From the NCBI GenBank assembly GCA_963713865.1, contig OY970208.1, forward strand, positions 1,920,001 to 1,984,000: 64,000 nucleotides of DNA, read 5' to 3'. The notes under the pieces are model-generated. The model saw only the letters and a list, made by a program, of their open reading frames with translations, was not told the DNA's origin and did not search any database. Each line of letters starts with the position of its first letter. Position 1 is the stretch's first letter. Both the position numbers and the translations under genes were made by a program. Source of the DNA: an uncultured candidate division Zixibacteria bacterium (GTDB taxonomy: Bacteria > Zixibacteria > MSB-5A5 > RBG-16-43-9). This document shows positions 1 to 11,232 of the stretch, piece after piece.

Positions 1-1127
1 AATGCTTTCTCCATTGTCTCAGTCTTAAGATTTTCACCCTCAGGCTGGATTACAACTTTGATCGGGATATTGTATCTTTTGGCAAACTCGAAATCCCTCT
101 GGTCGTGCCCGGGAACACCCATCACCATACCGGTTCCATAAGTCGCTACCACATACTCTGCTACCCAGAGCTGGACTTTTTCGCCTGATAAAGGATTTAT
201 GGCATACCTTCCGGTAAATACTCCATTCTTCTCCCCTGCCAATGAGGACCTTTCGATATCCGTTTTCTGAAGGGCTTTATTTATATAATCATCAACAGCT
301 TTTTTATGTTGTGGTTCTATCTTCATATTTCTCAATAGCTCATTTTCAGGTGCAATAGCCATAAAGGTAACCCCGTAAATAGTATCCGGACGGGTAGTGA
401 AAACGGAAAGCTTCTCTTCTGTTTTCTCCACTTTGAAATCTATCTCCACTCCCTGGCTTTTGCCAATCCAGTTCCTCTGCATTATCTTTACATTTTCAGG
501 CCATCCAGACAGCTTATCTAAATCGTTTAATAATCTCTCAGCATAAGCTGTGATCTTGAAAAACCACTGCTCTAATTCTTTTTTGGTAACCTCAGAATGA
601 CATCTCCAGCATTCCCCCTGGATAACCTGTTCGTTGGCCAAAACGGTATTACAGTGTGGACACCAGTTTACCAGGGATTTCCCTCGATAAGCCAAATTAT
701 TCTTATAGAGTTGAATGAAGATCCATTGAGTCCACTTATAATAGTCCGGCATACAGGTCAAGACTTCCCTGTCCCAGTCAAAGCTCACCCCGGTTTTCTT
801 CAGAGTTGCACGGGAGTTCTCAATGTTTTTTAAAGTCCATTTCTCAGGGTCCTCTCCCCTCTTTATGGCTGCTTCCTCAGCCGGAAGTCCAAAAGCATCC
901 CAGCCAAAAGGATGCAAGACGTCGTAACCCTGCATCATCTTATAGCGGGCAATCACGTCGCCAATTATATAATTTCTAAAATGTCCGATATGAATGTCAC
1001 CGGATGTATAGGCGAACATCACTAACATATAAAACTTTTTCAAGGGGTCATCCGAAGCTTTATAGAGCCTGGATTCCTCCCATTTCTTCTGCCATTTTTC
1101 TTCTATTTCCTTAAAAGGATAGTTCAT
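1..1127 (-). CDS. leuS: Leucine--tRNA ligase, N-terminal part (runs off window start)
   Basis: Manual translation from ATG 1127: [16 protein letters not shown]...[17 protein letters not shown] (HIGH motif), [27 protein letters not shown] upstream; not in the ORF track because it is open at the window edge. Confidence 0.97.
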   Translation of the reverse strand, partial: MNYPFKEIEEKWQKKWEESRLYKASDDPLKKFYMLVMFAYTSGDIHIGHFRNYIIGDVIARYKMMQGYDVLHPFGWDAFGLPAEEAAIKRGEDPEKWTLKNIENSRATLKKTGVSFDWDREVLTCMPDYYKWTQWIFIQLYKNNLAYRGKSLVNWCPHCNTVLANEQVIQGECWRCHSEVTKKELEQWFFKITAYAERLLNDLDKLSGWPENVKIMQRNWIGKSQGVEIDFKVEKTEEKLSVFTTRPDTIYGVTFMAIAPENELLRNMKIEPQHKKAVDDYINKALQKTDIERSSLAGEKNGVFTGRYAINPLSGEKVQLWVAEYVVATYGTGMVMGVPGHDQRDFEFAKRYNIPIKVVIQPEGENLKTETMEKA

Positions 1128-1221
1128 ATTTTTACCTCGTAATCAAAACAGTCACATACCAGTTCCAGTATAAACAAATTTTTAAAGAAAGATTTAATCA
1201 GCAGACTAAAGTACAAATCTT

Positions 1222-2117
1222 TTATGCTGTATTGGCCACTTTTTCAACCGTATTCATATGGCTTCCACGAAAAAGCTTCTCTAATTTCTCAAACTTGATC
1301 ACTGGCTGGTTGAATAGAGTTCGTCCTTCTCGTTCAAGTCTTTTCAATGTCATTTGACAATACTCAGGATCAATCTCAATACCGATGCTATTCCTATCAG
1401 CCTTCATGGCGGCGAGCATTGTAGTTCCTGTTCCTGAGAAAGGATCCAGGACTGTATCTCCCCAGAAAGAAAACATCCTAACAAGCCGATAAGCCAACTG
1501 AAGAGGAAACGGGGCGGGGTGATCCTTGCTTGACGTGCCAGGAAATCCCAAATTTGCTGGAACCATATCTGGTATTCTTTCTTGTCAATCATGCTTAGTT
1601 GACGTTGTCTAATAGTCGGTTTGCGATAACCACCGGGCTTGCGTTGCATAAGGATAAACTCAATATCATTTTTAATAATGGCGTTAGGTTCGTAAGGTTT
1701 TCCGAAAAATTTGGTACCATTATTGACCTCATATTCTGCTTTGGCAATTTTATACCAAATAATGGGATTCAAATTATCAAATCCTAATTTTCTGCATGAT
1801 ACTGCTATATCTGCGTGGAGAGGAACAACAACATGCCTACCGAATTTTCTCCGTGAAAGGCATACATCTCCAACCACGCAAACTAATCTTCCACCAGGCA
1901 CCAAAATACGATAACAATGTAGCCAAACTTTAGAAAGTTCTTCTAAGAATTTTTCATAGTCTTTAATATGTCCCATCTGATCTGGATGGTCGTGATACTT
2001 TTTGAGTGTCCAATATGGTGGTGAAGTAACGATTAGATGGATGCTCGCATCTGTCATAAAAGAAAGATTACGAGCGTCACCTTGTATTAAACGATGTACA
2101 GTCTTATGATTTGTCAC
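1222..2117 (-). CDS. Site-specific DNA methyltransferase (beta-class, N4-C/N6-A), split by a 1-nt frameshift near 1540
   Basis: ORF 1404..2117 carries TSPPY (motif IV); ORF 1222..1566 carries HPAPFP and DPFSGTGTT (motif I); adding one base at ...TGG GAT TT CCT GGC joins them into a 298-aa protein. Confidence 0.9.
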
Positions 2118-2935
2118 CTTTTAGAAACTCCCAAAGTCGAAAGCAGCATTCTAACTGCGTTTTCAATTGAATCTTTCTCATCCGAGGCAAAAACAACTCC
2201 ATCTATATTATGCGAGCGGAGGCGATTTTGGATATTTATATGCTCTTCAATAAAAGGATAATAAACAACAGCGCCAAATTTACTATCCGGAAAAGCTGAT
2301 TTTAGCTTAACGGCTTTGTTCGCAATTTCATCAGATCTTTTATGAATGTCCCTTCTGGCTTCAATTCTCTTTATATCTATTCCAACTTCAATATCACCTG
2401 CTTTTGGACTGGCGGCATCCAACTCAAACTGTTCTCCCCCTGCTATAAACATTCGTTTGTGGTACTCTAAGCCGCTAAATCTATTAAGGCTTTCTAGATT
2501 TTTTTTCTCCCAGCGTCCTTTCCCTTTTCGAATTTCCTTGTCGATGAAAGCAACTCTATCGATCTGACTCAGAACTGGAATTTCTAAATAGGACGGCAGA
2601 AATGGTTTGATGTACCCAGCAATTACTTTAACACGATCTTCGCTTAATCTGGGATCATAGGTATCTACGTTTTTGATATCTAAATCACGTTCTATCGCCC
2701 TTGCTGCGATATTGCAGGCAGCCAAAAGCGGCTTCAAGATAAGTGGATAATCAATGATTGCTTTTGCAAGATCAAACGCAGTCATGCTTGAAAAAACAAT
2801 GACTTCTACTTCACGTTTCTCTACAAACTTAGAAAATGCCTTCTGGAGGGCATCCTCTACAGCTTCTTGGCGTGAGTCTGCATCGTCCTTTACCCATTCT
2901 ATATAGTCTGAGTGGTTTTCGTACTTGTCCGGCAT
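2114..2935 (-). CDS. Putative type II restriction endonuclease, PD-(D/E)xK fold
   Basis: FELDAA...VGIDIK acidic-Lys motif; GTGA stop/start overlap with the methyltransferase. Confidence 0.65.
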   Translation of the reverse strand: MPDKYENHSDYIEWVKDDADSRQEAVEDALQKAFSKFVEKREVEVIVFSSMTAFDLAKAIIDYPLILKPLLAACNIAARAIERDLDIKNVDTYDPRLSEDRVKVIAGYIKPFLPSYLEIPVLSQIDRVAFIDKEIRKGKGRWEKKNLESLNRFSGLEYHKRMFIAGGEQFELDAASPKAGDIEVGIDIKRIEARRDIHKRSDEIANKAVKLKSAFPDSKFGAVVYYPFIEEHINIQNRLRSHNIDGVVFASDEKDSIENAVRMLLSTLGVSKR

Positions 2936-2990
2936 TTCATATACTCCTAAAAAATTCTATATCAATTTCATCAGTCCATATCGAAGCTAA

Positions 2991-4287
2991 CTACGGATAA
3001 AGTCGATAAATCATCCTGGGAAAAGGTATAGTTTCACGGATATGGGGCAGTCCGCAGATCCAGGCTACTGTTCTTTCCACTCCCAGAACCGAAACCGGAA
3101 TGAGGAACCGAGCCGTATTTCCTCAAATCCAGATACCATTTATATGCATCCAGAGGCAACTTCTCTTCTTCGATCCTTTTAACCAGACTATCATAGTCGT
3201 CATTCCTCTGGGACCCGCCGATCACCTCGCCATATCCCTCAGGAGCTAAAAGGTCAGCACACAAAACTAAATCTTCTCTTTCCGGATGCGGCTTCATATA
3301 AAAAGCCTTGACCTTCTTAGGGTAGTTATAAACAAACAAAGGCTTTTCATACATATTAGCAAGTAGCGTCTCATCATCTCCACCTAAATCTGCTCCCCAT
3401 TCGATCTGGCTGCCTTTCCCTTTTAAACACTCTATTGCTTCATCATAGGAAATCCGCTCGAAAGGTTGTTTTATTTTCTCTAATTTAGACAAGTCTCGTT
3501 CTAAATATTCCAGCTCCTTTCTGCTTTTGTCCAAAACACGCTGGACTACATACTCAACGAATTCCTCCTGCAGTTTCATATTATCATCGTTATCGTAAAA
3601 AGCCATCTCTGCCTCAACCATCCAGAATTCGGTCAGATGTCTTCTGGTTTTTGATTTCTCCGCCCGGAAAGTTGGTCCAAAACAATACATCCTGCCAAAA
3701 GCCATAGCCGCCGCTTCGTTATATAACTGTCCGGTTTGGGCTAAATAAGCCTTACCCAGGTCGAAATATTGAGTCTCGAAAAGGGTAGTAGCAGTCTCCC
3801 CGATTGAACCGGTTAATATGGGAGTATCTATCAGGATAAACCTTTTTTCATAAAAAAAGGTCCTGATAGCATAGATTATCTCGTTTCTAACTCTCATAAT
3901 CGCTTGTTGCCTGCTGGAACGTAACCAGAGATGGCGGTTATCCATAAGGAAGGCAGTTCCGTGTTCCTTGGGGGTTATCGGGTAATCCTGAGCTATCTGG
4001 ATAATCTTTACATTTGTTAAGGTCAGCTCATACCCGCCTGGAGCCCTTTTCTCCTCCCGAACCTTCCCTGCTATTTCTAAAGAGGATTCCTGAGTCAGCT
4101 TATCATAAGTTCCAAAGGTTTCATCTGACACCTCTCCCTTGCTCATTACAGATTGGATTATCCCGGTTCCATCCCGGATTAAAAGGAAATGGATCTTGCC
4201 ACTTGACCTTTTATTATAAAGCCAGCCTTTAAGGGTAACTTCCTGTCCTGCAAATTTTCCAACTTCTTCAATATAGCAGAAATTCAT
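2991..4287 (-). CDS. asnS: Asparagine--tRNA ligase (extra base at 3083-3089 hides the true C-terminus)
   Basis: OB domain, [26 protein letters not shown]; removing one T restores [37 protein letters not shown] ending at 2991. Confidence 0.96.
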
Positions 4288-4635
4288 TTAATGCTTCTCC
4301 CTTACCAGATGGTTCAATATGGCACTGATAATGCTGATCAATAAAGCTGCGAGGAAAGCTTTCCAGAAGCTGGTGATCTCAAACCCTCCAACCATCTTGG
4401 AAACAACGAATAGCAGAAAACCGTTGATCACCAGGATAAAAAAACCCAGGCTTAAAATATTTATCGGCAGAGTGAGAAAGATCAATATCGGGCGCACAAT
4501 CGCATTCAGAATCCCTAAGATCAGCGAAGCCAGAACCAGTGCCGTAAAATTTTCAATATAAATCAGGTGAAAAAGATTTGCAACTATAAAAATCGCCAAG
4601 GTCAAAACAAACCAGCGAATTAGAAAATGAGACAT
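4288..4635 (-). CDS. YvlD/DUF360-type 4-TM membrane protein (phage holin family annotation)
   Basis: LGILNAIVRPILIFLTLPINILSLGFFILVING signature. Confidence 0.85.
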   Translation of the reverse strand: MSHFLIRWFVLTLAIFIVANLFHLIYIENFTALVLASLILGILNAIVRPILIFLTLPINILSLGFFILVINGFLLFVVSKMVGGFEITSFWKAFLAALLISIISAILNHLVREKH

Positions 4636-4658
4636 AAGTCCCTCCCTTTAATTTCTTA

Positions 4659-4725
4659 TGTAGGGGAGACCTTTAGGTTTCCAGTTTTTATAAAAAATGA
4701 TGGAAGGCTGAAGCCTTCCCCTACA
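4659..4725. repeat. REP-like palindromic element (GTAG...CTAC family)
   Basis: TGTAGGGGAGACCTTTAGGTTTCC...GGAAGGCTGAAGCCTTCCCCTACA; related copies at 26568, 34461 and 57426. Confidence 0.8.
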
Positions 4726-4731
4726 TAAACA

Positions 4732-5580
4732 TTAACTTTTATATTTTTTCACCAACACCGTTCCGGTTGCAAATTGGTTAATTATCCAGCTTTTATATTC
4801 TTCTATCCGGAAAAAACCGCTTCGATTTATTTTAAGTTTTATACTCAACGGTGTATCAAAAAGATAAATCCCTTTTCTGCCAATAGCAAAAGGGTTTTCT
4901 GATATTTCTGAAGTTAAAGTGAATGCGGCTTTATATCCGGCATTTTTTGCCTCTGTTCTAACTAATTGGTTGTGCCTGCCAAAAGGATAAGACAAAGATT
5001 TGATCTTCTGGTCCAGTTTATCCTCAATGATTTCCTTCGATTTCCTTAGCTCATATATTAAACTTTTCTTATCTAATTTGGTCAAGTCCGGATGATTTAC
5101 CGTGTGAGAGCCAAACTGGAAACCGGATTTTTTCATCTCCAGGATTTGCTCCCAGTTTAAATGCCTGAATTTCCGTCCGAAACCAGCTTCCCATAGATTT
5201 TCTTTTCCTGTATACCCGGCTATGAGAAATATTATAGCTTTAAATCCATGACGCTTTAATACCGGGAAGGCATTCTGGTAAACTGATTCATATCCATCAT
5301 CGAAGGTAAAGACAATCTGTTTGTCTTTCTTCTCTTCTCCTGATAATAGCTCCTCTAAATCAATACTCGAAAAACCTTCCTCCTTAAGGTATTCCATCTG
5401 TTGTTCAAAGCTTTCAGACTTTACCCGGGTAATGCCCCATTCAAACTCATCCGTGACTTTATGATAAGCTAAAACCGGGTGAAATCTATTATCCCCTGAT
5501 TTGTGTTTTAAATACCAGATAATAAAAGGAAGGCTCAAGCTTGCTAAAAATACTAATCCAAATATTTGAAAATTAGACAT
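4732..5580 (-). CDS. Polysaccharide deacetylase family protein with N-terminal membrane anchor
   Basis: VLAYHKV, FTFDDGY, GSHTVNHPDL, SYPFG motifs. Confidence 0.9.
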   Translation of the reverse strand: MSNFQIFGLVFLASLSLPFIIWYLKHKSGDNRFHPVLAYHKVTDEFEWGITRVKSESFEQQMEYLKEEGFSSIDLEELLSGEEKKDKQIVFTFDDGYESVYQNAFPVLKRHGFKAIIFLIAGYTGKENLWEAGFGRKFRHLNWEQILEMKKSGFQFGSHTVNHPDLTKLDKKSLIYELRKSKEIIEDKLDQKIKSLSYPFGRHNQLVRTEAKNAGYKAAFTLTSEISENPFAIGRKGIYLFDTPLSIKLKINRSGFFRIEEYKSWIINQFATGTVLVKKYKS

Positions 5581-6845
5581 AATCCCAGTTTATCTTCTGC
5601 AGGATACTTTGACCCACCTGACCCAATATAGCTACAGATAATCTATCTTTGTGCATAAGCTCATTTGCTACTTCAATCACTTCCTCTTTTTTTACCTGGT
5701 TGATAAGCGAAATGGTCTTCTCCAAACTGATATAATCTTTCAAATAGATTTCAAGTCGGGCTAATCTATTCATTCGAGTAGAGGTGCTTTCTGCTCCCAG
5801 GATCAAGTTACCTTTGATCTGATATTTGGCATCTTCTAATTCTTTTCTTTTAAGATCATCCTTTTTAATCCGGTGAAGCTCTTTTAGAACTTGTTCAACC
5901 GCGGGCAGAACCTGCTTTTTATCTGTTCCCAGATATACCCCGAAAATCCCTTTATCCTTGAAAGAATCGATAAAAGTGTGTATCGTGTAAACCATTCCAA
6001 ATTTCTCTCTCAAGTTCTGGAAAAGGCGTGAGCTCATCCCCCCTCCTAAGATACTGCTCAAGAGCAAAGCGGCATATCTTTTAGGATGTTTAAAAGAATA
6101 CCCTGGAAAACCTATACAGATATGGGTTTGTGCAGTTTTTCTCCTCCGGGCTATTTTCTGAGATAAAAGTTTCAACGGAGGTATTTCGCGTTTTCTCTTG
6201 GGTATAGGGTTATTCAATTTAAATTTATTCTCCACTAATCTAACCAGTCGCCGGTGACTGAGATTCCCGCAAGCCGCGACAACTATCTTGGGGCTGACAT
6301 ATTTTTCTCGCATGAAATTCAGAAGTTGGCTCCTTTCAAGCTTTTGAATATTTTTAATATCTCCAATAACCGGCCGGCCTAAAGGATGCTCACCCCACAT
6401 CGCCTCCATTAATAAATCAAAAGCCACCTCCGAAGGCATATCCTCTAATTCTTTTATCTCTTCAGCGATAATTTTTTTCTCTTTTTTGAAATCATAAGGA
6501 TTGAAAAGCGGATTTAAAAGCAGGTCAGACAAAACGTCTAAAGCTATTTCCAGATGTTCGTCCAGTACTTTGGCATACAGACAGGTATTCTCTCTGCCGG
6601 TAAAAGCATTCAGGGTCCCCCCTAACGACTCTAAGGCTAAGGCGATTTCCTTAGTTGACCTTTTCTTGGTCCCCTTAAAAAGCATATGCTCAATGAAATG
6701 AGAAATGCCGTTCTCATCCTGCTCCTCATCCCGGGAGCCAACATCAATCCAGAACACCTAGGGTAATAGAGTGAACCGAGTCGATCTTCTCACTTACCAC
6801 CCTGAGCTTATTATCTAAAATTGTCTTCTGATATGAAACTCTCAT
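5573..6845 (-). CDS. M16 family zinc peptidase (extra base at 6749-6755; true start 6845)
   Basis: HFIEH inverted zincin motif; upstream frame from ATG 6845 reads MRVSYQKTILDNKLRVVSEKIDSVHSITLGV and joins WIDVGSRDE after removing one T; usual position downstream of pnp. Confidence 0.92.
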
Positions 6846-6867
6846 CTCTTAAAACCTTTTTTAAATC

Positions 6868-6958
6868 TGTTATCCTGAGGGAGTCTCACCAAAGGCGGAC
6901 GACTGAATCCGCGATTAAGGTGGACTTGGATTCTTCCCCCTGCGGGGTCAGAATGACA
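6868..6958. repeat. REP-like element (TGTCATCCTGAG...CAGAATGACA family)
   Basis: Terminal inverted repeats TGTTATCCTGA / TCAGAATGACA with internal hairpins; related copy at about 53674-53773. Confidence 0.7.
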
Positions 6959-6971
6959 TACAAAAGAGCTT

Positions 6972-9068
6972 TTATCTTTTTCTGCTCTGGTCTGGCAAAA
7001 GGCAGGCTTTTCTGGAAAGCTTGATTTTTCCTTCGTTATCTATGCCGATTACCTTGACATTCACCTCGTCTCCAACATTAAGAATATCTTCTACCCGGTT
7101 TACCCTTTTGGTATCTAACTCCGAGATGTGAACCAAACCATCCTGTCCTGGAATTATCTCTACAAAAGCTCCAAATGGGGCAATTCGCTTAACCTTTCCC
7201 AGATAAACTTTACCAACTTCCGGCTCCTCAATCAATTTATAAATAAGCTCCTGAGCCATTTCACCAGCCTTAGGGTCTTTAGCCGAGATGAACACGCTCC
7301 CGTCATCTTCTATATTTATCTCCGCTCCGGTTTGCTCGATTATTCCTCTTATATTCTTACCACCTGGGCCAATTATTTCACCGATTTTATCCTGCTTCAC
7401 CTTGAAGATAATGATTCGCGGGGCATAAACTGAAAGCTCAGGCCTGGGTTTGGCAATAGTTTTCTCCATCAGGTCCAGGATATATAATCTGGCTTCCCGT
7501 GCTTGTAACAAAGCTTCTTGCATAATATTCAGATCCAGTCCGGAGATCTTTATATCCATTTGAAAAGCAGTGATCCCTCTACAGGAGCCGGTTACTTTAA
7601 AATCCATATCCCCGTAATGATCCTCAGCACCTAAGATGTCCGTAAGGATAATGGTCTTTTCCTCCTCCTTGATCAGCCCCATGGCAATCCCTGCTACCGG
7701 AGCTTTAATCGGAACCCCTGCATCCATCAAAGACAGAGTGGCACCGCAAACCGTAGCCATAGAGGAAGAGCCGTTCGATTCAAGAATATCGGAAACGATA
7801 CGCACAGTGTAAGGGAAAACTTCTTCCTTGGGAATCACTGGTTGAATAGCTCTCTCAGCTAAAGCACCATGTCCGATCTCCCTTCTTCCCGGACCTCTAA
7901 CCGGCCTGACTTCTCCTACGCTAAAAGGCGGGAAATTGTAATGTAACATATAGCTCTTAGTCGATTCCCCCTCTAAATCCTCTATCTTTTGTTCATCCAT
8001 CTTGGAGCCAAGAGTAGTAACTGCTAAGCTCTGAGTTTGGCCCCGGGTAAAAAGAGCTGAGCCATGGGCTCTGGGTAAAACTCCCACTTCACAGCTAATC
8101 GGACGTATTTCCTTTGAAGTTCTGCCATCAATGCGCAAGCCCTCTCTCAAAATCATCTCTCTGATATCTTTTCTTTCTAACTCTATGAGAATTGAGGCAA
8201 TCTTCGTTTCGCTTTCCGGAAACTTTTCTGCCAGCTCAAGCATAACCGATTCTTCCATCTCATCCAGAAGGCTCTGACGTTCAGATTTATCCACAGTTCG
8301 ATTTGCCTTTTTTATCTTCTCCAGGGTTAATTTGCTTACCTCTTCTAAAAGCACCGGATCCATAGGCTCTGGCTCAACTTTAGGTTTCTCTTTCCCCCAA
8401 TCCTGGATTATTCTCTTCTGCAGTTCTATTATTTTTTTAATCCCATTATGCCCGAAATCCAGAGCGGATAACAGATCCTCTTCAGAGATTTCCTGACATC
8501 CTCCTTCAACCATAACTATGTTCTTTTCAGTTCCTGCAACCACCAGATTTATATCGCTTTCTTCCAACTGGGAGAAAGTAGGATTTAAAACTAAGTTCCC
8601 TTCGATCCTTCCAACCCTTACTGAAGCAATCGGTTCATAAAAAGGGATATCCGAGATACTGAGAGCAATAGAGGATCCTATAATCCCCAATATATCTGCG
8701 TCATTTTCCTGATCTGAGGAGAGGACCATAACCATTACCTGGATCTCATTCAGATAACCCTCTGGAAATAAAGGCCGCAAAGACCGATCGATGAGTCGGG
8801 CTGAAAGTATCTCTTTTTCAGTGGGCCTTCCTTCCCTTTTGAAAAAACCACCTGGTATCCTGCCAGCAGCATAAGCTTTCTCCCGATAGTCAACTGTTAG
8901 CGGAAAGAAATCCTGCCCTTCAATTACCTCTTTAGATGCTACCGCAGTAGCTAAGATCATGGTATCAGCTAAGCGAATGATCGCCGCTCCATCAGCCTGT
9001 CGGGCAACCTTGCCTATCTGGATAACAAGTTTTTTACCATCCAAATCTAATACATAACTTTCTTCCAT
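6972..9068 (-). CDS. pnp: Polyribonucleotide nucleotidyltransferase
   Basis: GRIPGGFFKREGRP, RREIGHG, SNGSSSMA, GDMDFKV; KH and S1 domains. Confidence 0.98.
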   Translation of the reverse strand: MEESYVLDLDGKKLVIQIGKVARQADGAAIIRLADTMILATAVASKEVIEGQDFFPLTVDYREKAYAAGRIPGGFFKREGRPTEKEILSARLIDRSLRPLFPEGYLNEIQVMVMVLSSDQENDADILGIIGSSIALSISDIPFYEPIASVRVGRIEGNLVLNPTFSQLEESDINLVVAGTEKNIVMVEGGCQEISEEDLLSALDFGHNGIKKIIELQKRIIQDWGKEKPKVEPEPMDPVLLEEVSKLTLEKIKKANRTVDKSERQSLLDEMEESVMLELAEKFPESETKIASILIELERKDIREMILREGLRIDGRTSKEIRPISCEVGVLPRAHGSALFTRGQTQSLAVTTLGSKMDEQKIEDLEGESTKSYMLHYNFPPFSVGEVRPVRGPGRREIGHGALAERAIQPVIPKEEVFPYTVRIVSDILESNGSSSMATVCGATLSLMDAGVPIKAPVAGIAMGLIKEEEKTIILTDILGAEDHYGDMDFKVTGSCRGITAFQMDIKISGLDLNIMQEALLQAREARLYILDLMEKTIAKPRPELSVYAPRIIIFKVKQDKIGEIIGPGGKNIRGIIEQTGAEINIEDDGSVFISAKDPKAGEMAQELIYKLIEEPEVGKVYLGKVKRIAPFGAFVEIIPGQDGLVHISELDTKRVNRVEDILNVGDEVNVKVIGIDNEGKIKLSRKACLLPDQSRKR

Positions 9069-9078
9069 TTTTTTCTCT

Positions 9079-9348
9079 CTAACCTCTTAAGTTTAATTCT
9101 TCAACGATCTCTCTATAACTTTTAATATCTGTCTCTCGTAGATAATCTAAGAGTCTTCTCCTTTTGCCCACCATTTTGAGCAATCCTCTTCTGGAGCTGA
9201 AATCTTTTTTATGTGATTTCAGATGTTCGGTCAGCTCACTAATCCTCTCGGTAAGCAGGGCTATCTGCACTTCGGGAGAACCGGTATCCATCTCGTGGTA
9301 CCTGTGTTTCTCTATCAATTTAACCTTTTTAGCTTTTTCTAATGGCAA
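9079..9348 (-). CDS. rpsO: 30S ribosomal protein S15
   Basis: [32 protein letters not shown] start with AGGAGG RBS. Confidence 0.98.
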   Translation of the reverse strand: MPLEKAKKVKLIEKHRYHEMDTGSPEVQIALLTERISELTEHLKSHKKDFSSRRGLLKMVGKRRRLLDYLRETDIKSYREIVEELNLRG

Positions 9349-9361
9349 GTTTCCTCCTTTT

Positions 9362-10297
9362 TTACTTATTTAAAAGTTGTCTGATGTTTTTTTCATCTTT
9401 AGTTAACTGGATTTGTAGCTCTTTTAAATTGCCAAATTTTTTCTCCTCTCTTATCCATTTCTGCAGGTAAATCATTAGTTGATCTGGTATCTTATTGCCC
9501 TGGTAATCAAATAGATTTACCTCCAGGCTCAGCTTCTCCTCCTTTAAAGTAAGTTTTCTTCCCAGGTACATCATCCCATAAAACTTCTCATTTTTTATTT
9601 CTACCTCAACGCTGTATACCCCTTTTTTGGGGAAAAGTTTTTTTTCTACTACTTCTAAATTTACAGTAGGATAACCGATCTCCTTACCAATTCCCTTCCC
9701 TTTAACAGGTTTCCCGGCGACGAGATAACTGTGCCCTAACATCTGGCAAGCTTTTTCAAAATCACCACTTAAAAGTTCCTTCCTTATCCTGCTACTGCTG
9801 ATCCGGACGGAATCCATCCTAACTGAAGGAACAATTCTTAATTTGTAATCAAACTTCATGCTTGCTTTTTTAAGAAGCCCCATCCCTCCGGACCGATCCT
9901 TTCCAAAAGCATGGTTCTCTCCAATTATCAGTTCTCCTATGTTTAATCTTTTTATCAGTATTTCTTCGATAAAATCTTCAGCCGATAGAAGAGAAAACTC
10001 TTTAGTAAATTTCAGAACTAAAACCCCGGATAGCTCTCTCCCTTCAGGTAAAGATTCCAAAAGCTTTAGCTTCTCCTCTAAGGTTGAAAGTATCAAGGGA
10101 GAATTTTCAGGAGAAACTACTCTCTGAGGATGAGGCTCATAAGTAACCAGAAGGGTATCCCTTTTCTTTTCCCATTTCTCCTTAGCCAGTTCTTTCAGTA
10201 TAGCTTGATGACCCAGATGAACACCATCGAACGTTCCCAGAGTAACGATCGGTTTTTTCCAGAGTTCAAGCTCATCTAAATCAAAAAATACTTTCAT
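9362..10297 (-). CDS. ribF: Bifunctional riboflavin kinase/FAD synthetase
   Basis: [24 protein letters not shown]. Confidence 0.96.
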   Translation of the reverse strand: MKVFFDLDELELWKKPIVTLGTFDGVHLGHQAILKELAKEKWEKKRDTLLVTYEPHPQRVVSPENSPLILSTLEEKLKLLESLPEGRELSGVLVLKFTKEFSLLSAEDFIEEILIKRLNIGELIIGENHAFGKDRSGGMGLLKKASMKFDYKLRIVPSVRMDSVRISSSRIRKELLSGDFEKACQMLGHSYLVAGKPVKGKGIGKEIGYPTVNLEVVEKKLFPKKGVYSVEVEIKNEKFYGMMYLGRKLTLKEEKLSLEVNLFDYQGNKIPDQLMIYLQKWIREEKKFGNLKELQIQLTKDEKNIRQLLNK

Positions 10298-11226
10298 CTT
10301 GCCAGCACCCTTATATATTCAACGATTTTATCTTTTTTATCTAACTGCGGTAACTCCGCAGATGATTTAATCGCTCTCACCATAGCTAAGATTTTGTTTT
10401 GATTATTCTTTAAACATAGCGTATCCCCTGGCGAAAACTCCTTCTCAACTGAGATGATATCCTTAAATTTTAAATCTGGTCCATTTTTTATCTTTTCCGA
10501 AAATTTGTCAGTAATCTTTATGGTTGGCAGAGAGTTCAAGACATCTTCTACGCGGATGAGGTAATTTTGCAACTTAGAAGGATTAAAGTTCCCACGAATC
10601 TTTTCGATGTCTAAAGCGTCCTGTAATTTGAAAGGACCTATCCTGATTCGAGTTAGAGAGGTAAGATGTGCTCCGCAATTTAATTTGGAACCTATATCCT
10701 GTGCCAAACTTCTAATATAAGTTCCCTTAGAACAACTTATCCTGAGATCTACAAAAGGCAAGAAAAGCTTAAGTATTTCTATGGAAATTATCCGGACCTT
10801 TCTTGGCTCTTTCGTTACCGGAGTACCCGCTCTGGCATAATCTGATAACCTTTTACCCTGGAATTTAAGAGCAGAATAGGGTGGAGGTGCCTGCCAGATC
10901 TGCCCCCTGAATGATTCTATTACTCTTCTCACCCGATTCTCGTCCAGATTAAGATTACTCAGGTTACTCAAAATCTTTCCCTGAAAATCATATGTATCCG
11001 TGGATACCCCTAATCTTATTTTAGCCAGATATTCTTTATCCAGGTTTTCCAAGAATTGAACCACCTTTAATGCCTGACCCATGCAGACCAGAAGGAGTCC
11101 AGAGGCGAAATTATCCAGAGTACCACAATGCCCCATTTTTTTCACTTTCAGAACTTCGCGAAGCTCATCCAGGGCGGTGAAAGAAGTAATTCCAGCTTTT
11201 TTGTTAAATAAAAGAATCCCATCCAT
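10294..11226 (-). CDS. truB: tRNA pseudouridine(55) synthase
   Basis: GHCGTLD, CSKGTYIRSLA. Confidence 0.96.
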   Translation of the reverse strand: MDGILLFNKKAGITSFTALDELREVLKVKKMGHCGTLDNFASGLLLVCMGQALKVVQFLENLDKEYLAKIRLGVSTDTYDFQGKILSNLSNLNLDENRVRRVIESFRGQIWQAPPPYSALKFQGKRLSDYARAGTPVTKEPRKVRIISIEILKLFLPFVDLRISCSKGTYIRSLAQDIGSKLNCGAHLTSLTRIRIGPFKLQDALDIEKIRGNFNPSKLQNYLIRVEDVLNSLPTIKITDKFSEKIKNGPDLKFKDIISVEKEFSPGDTLCLKNNQNKILAMVRAIKSSAELPQLDKKDKIVEYIRVLAR

Positions 11227-11232
11227 AATATA

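Noticed and set aside
4288-4635. Holin as evidence of a prophage
   Set aside because: This family is a common chromosomal membrane protein and the context is housekeeping.
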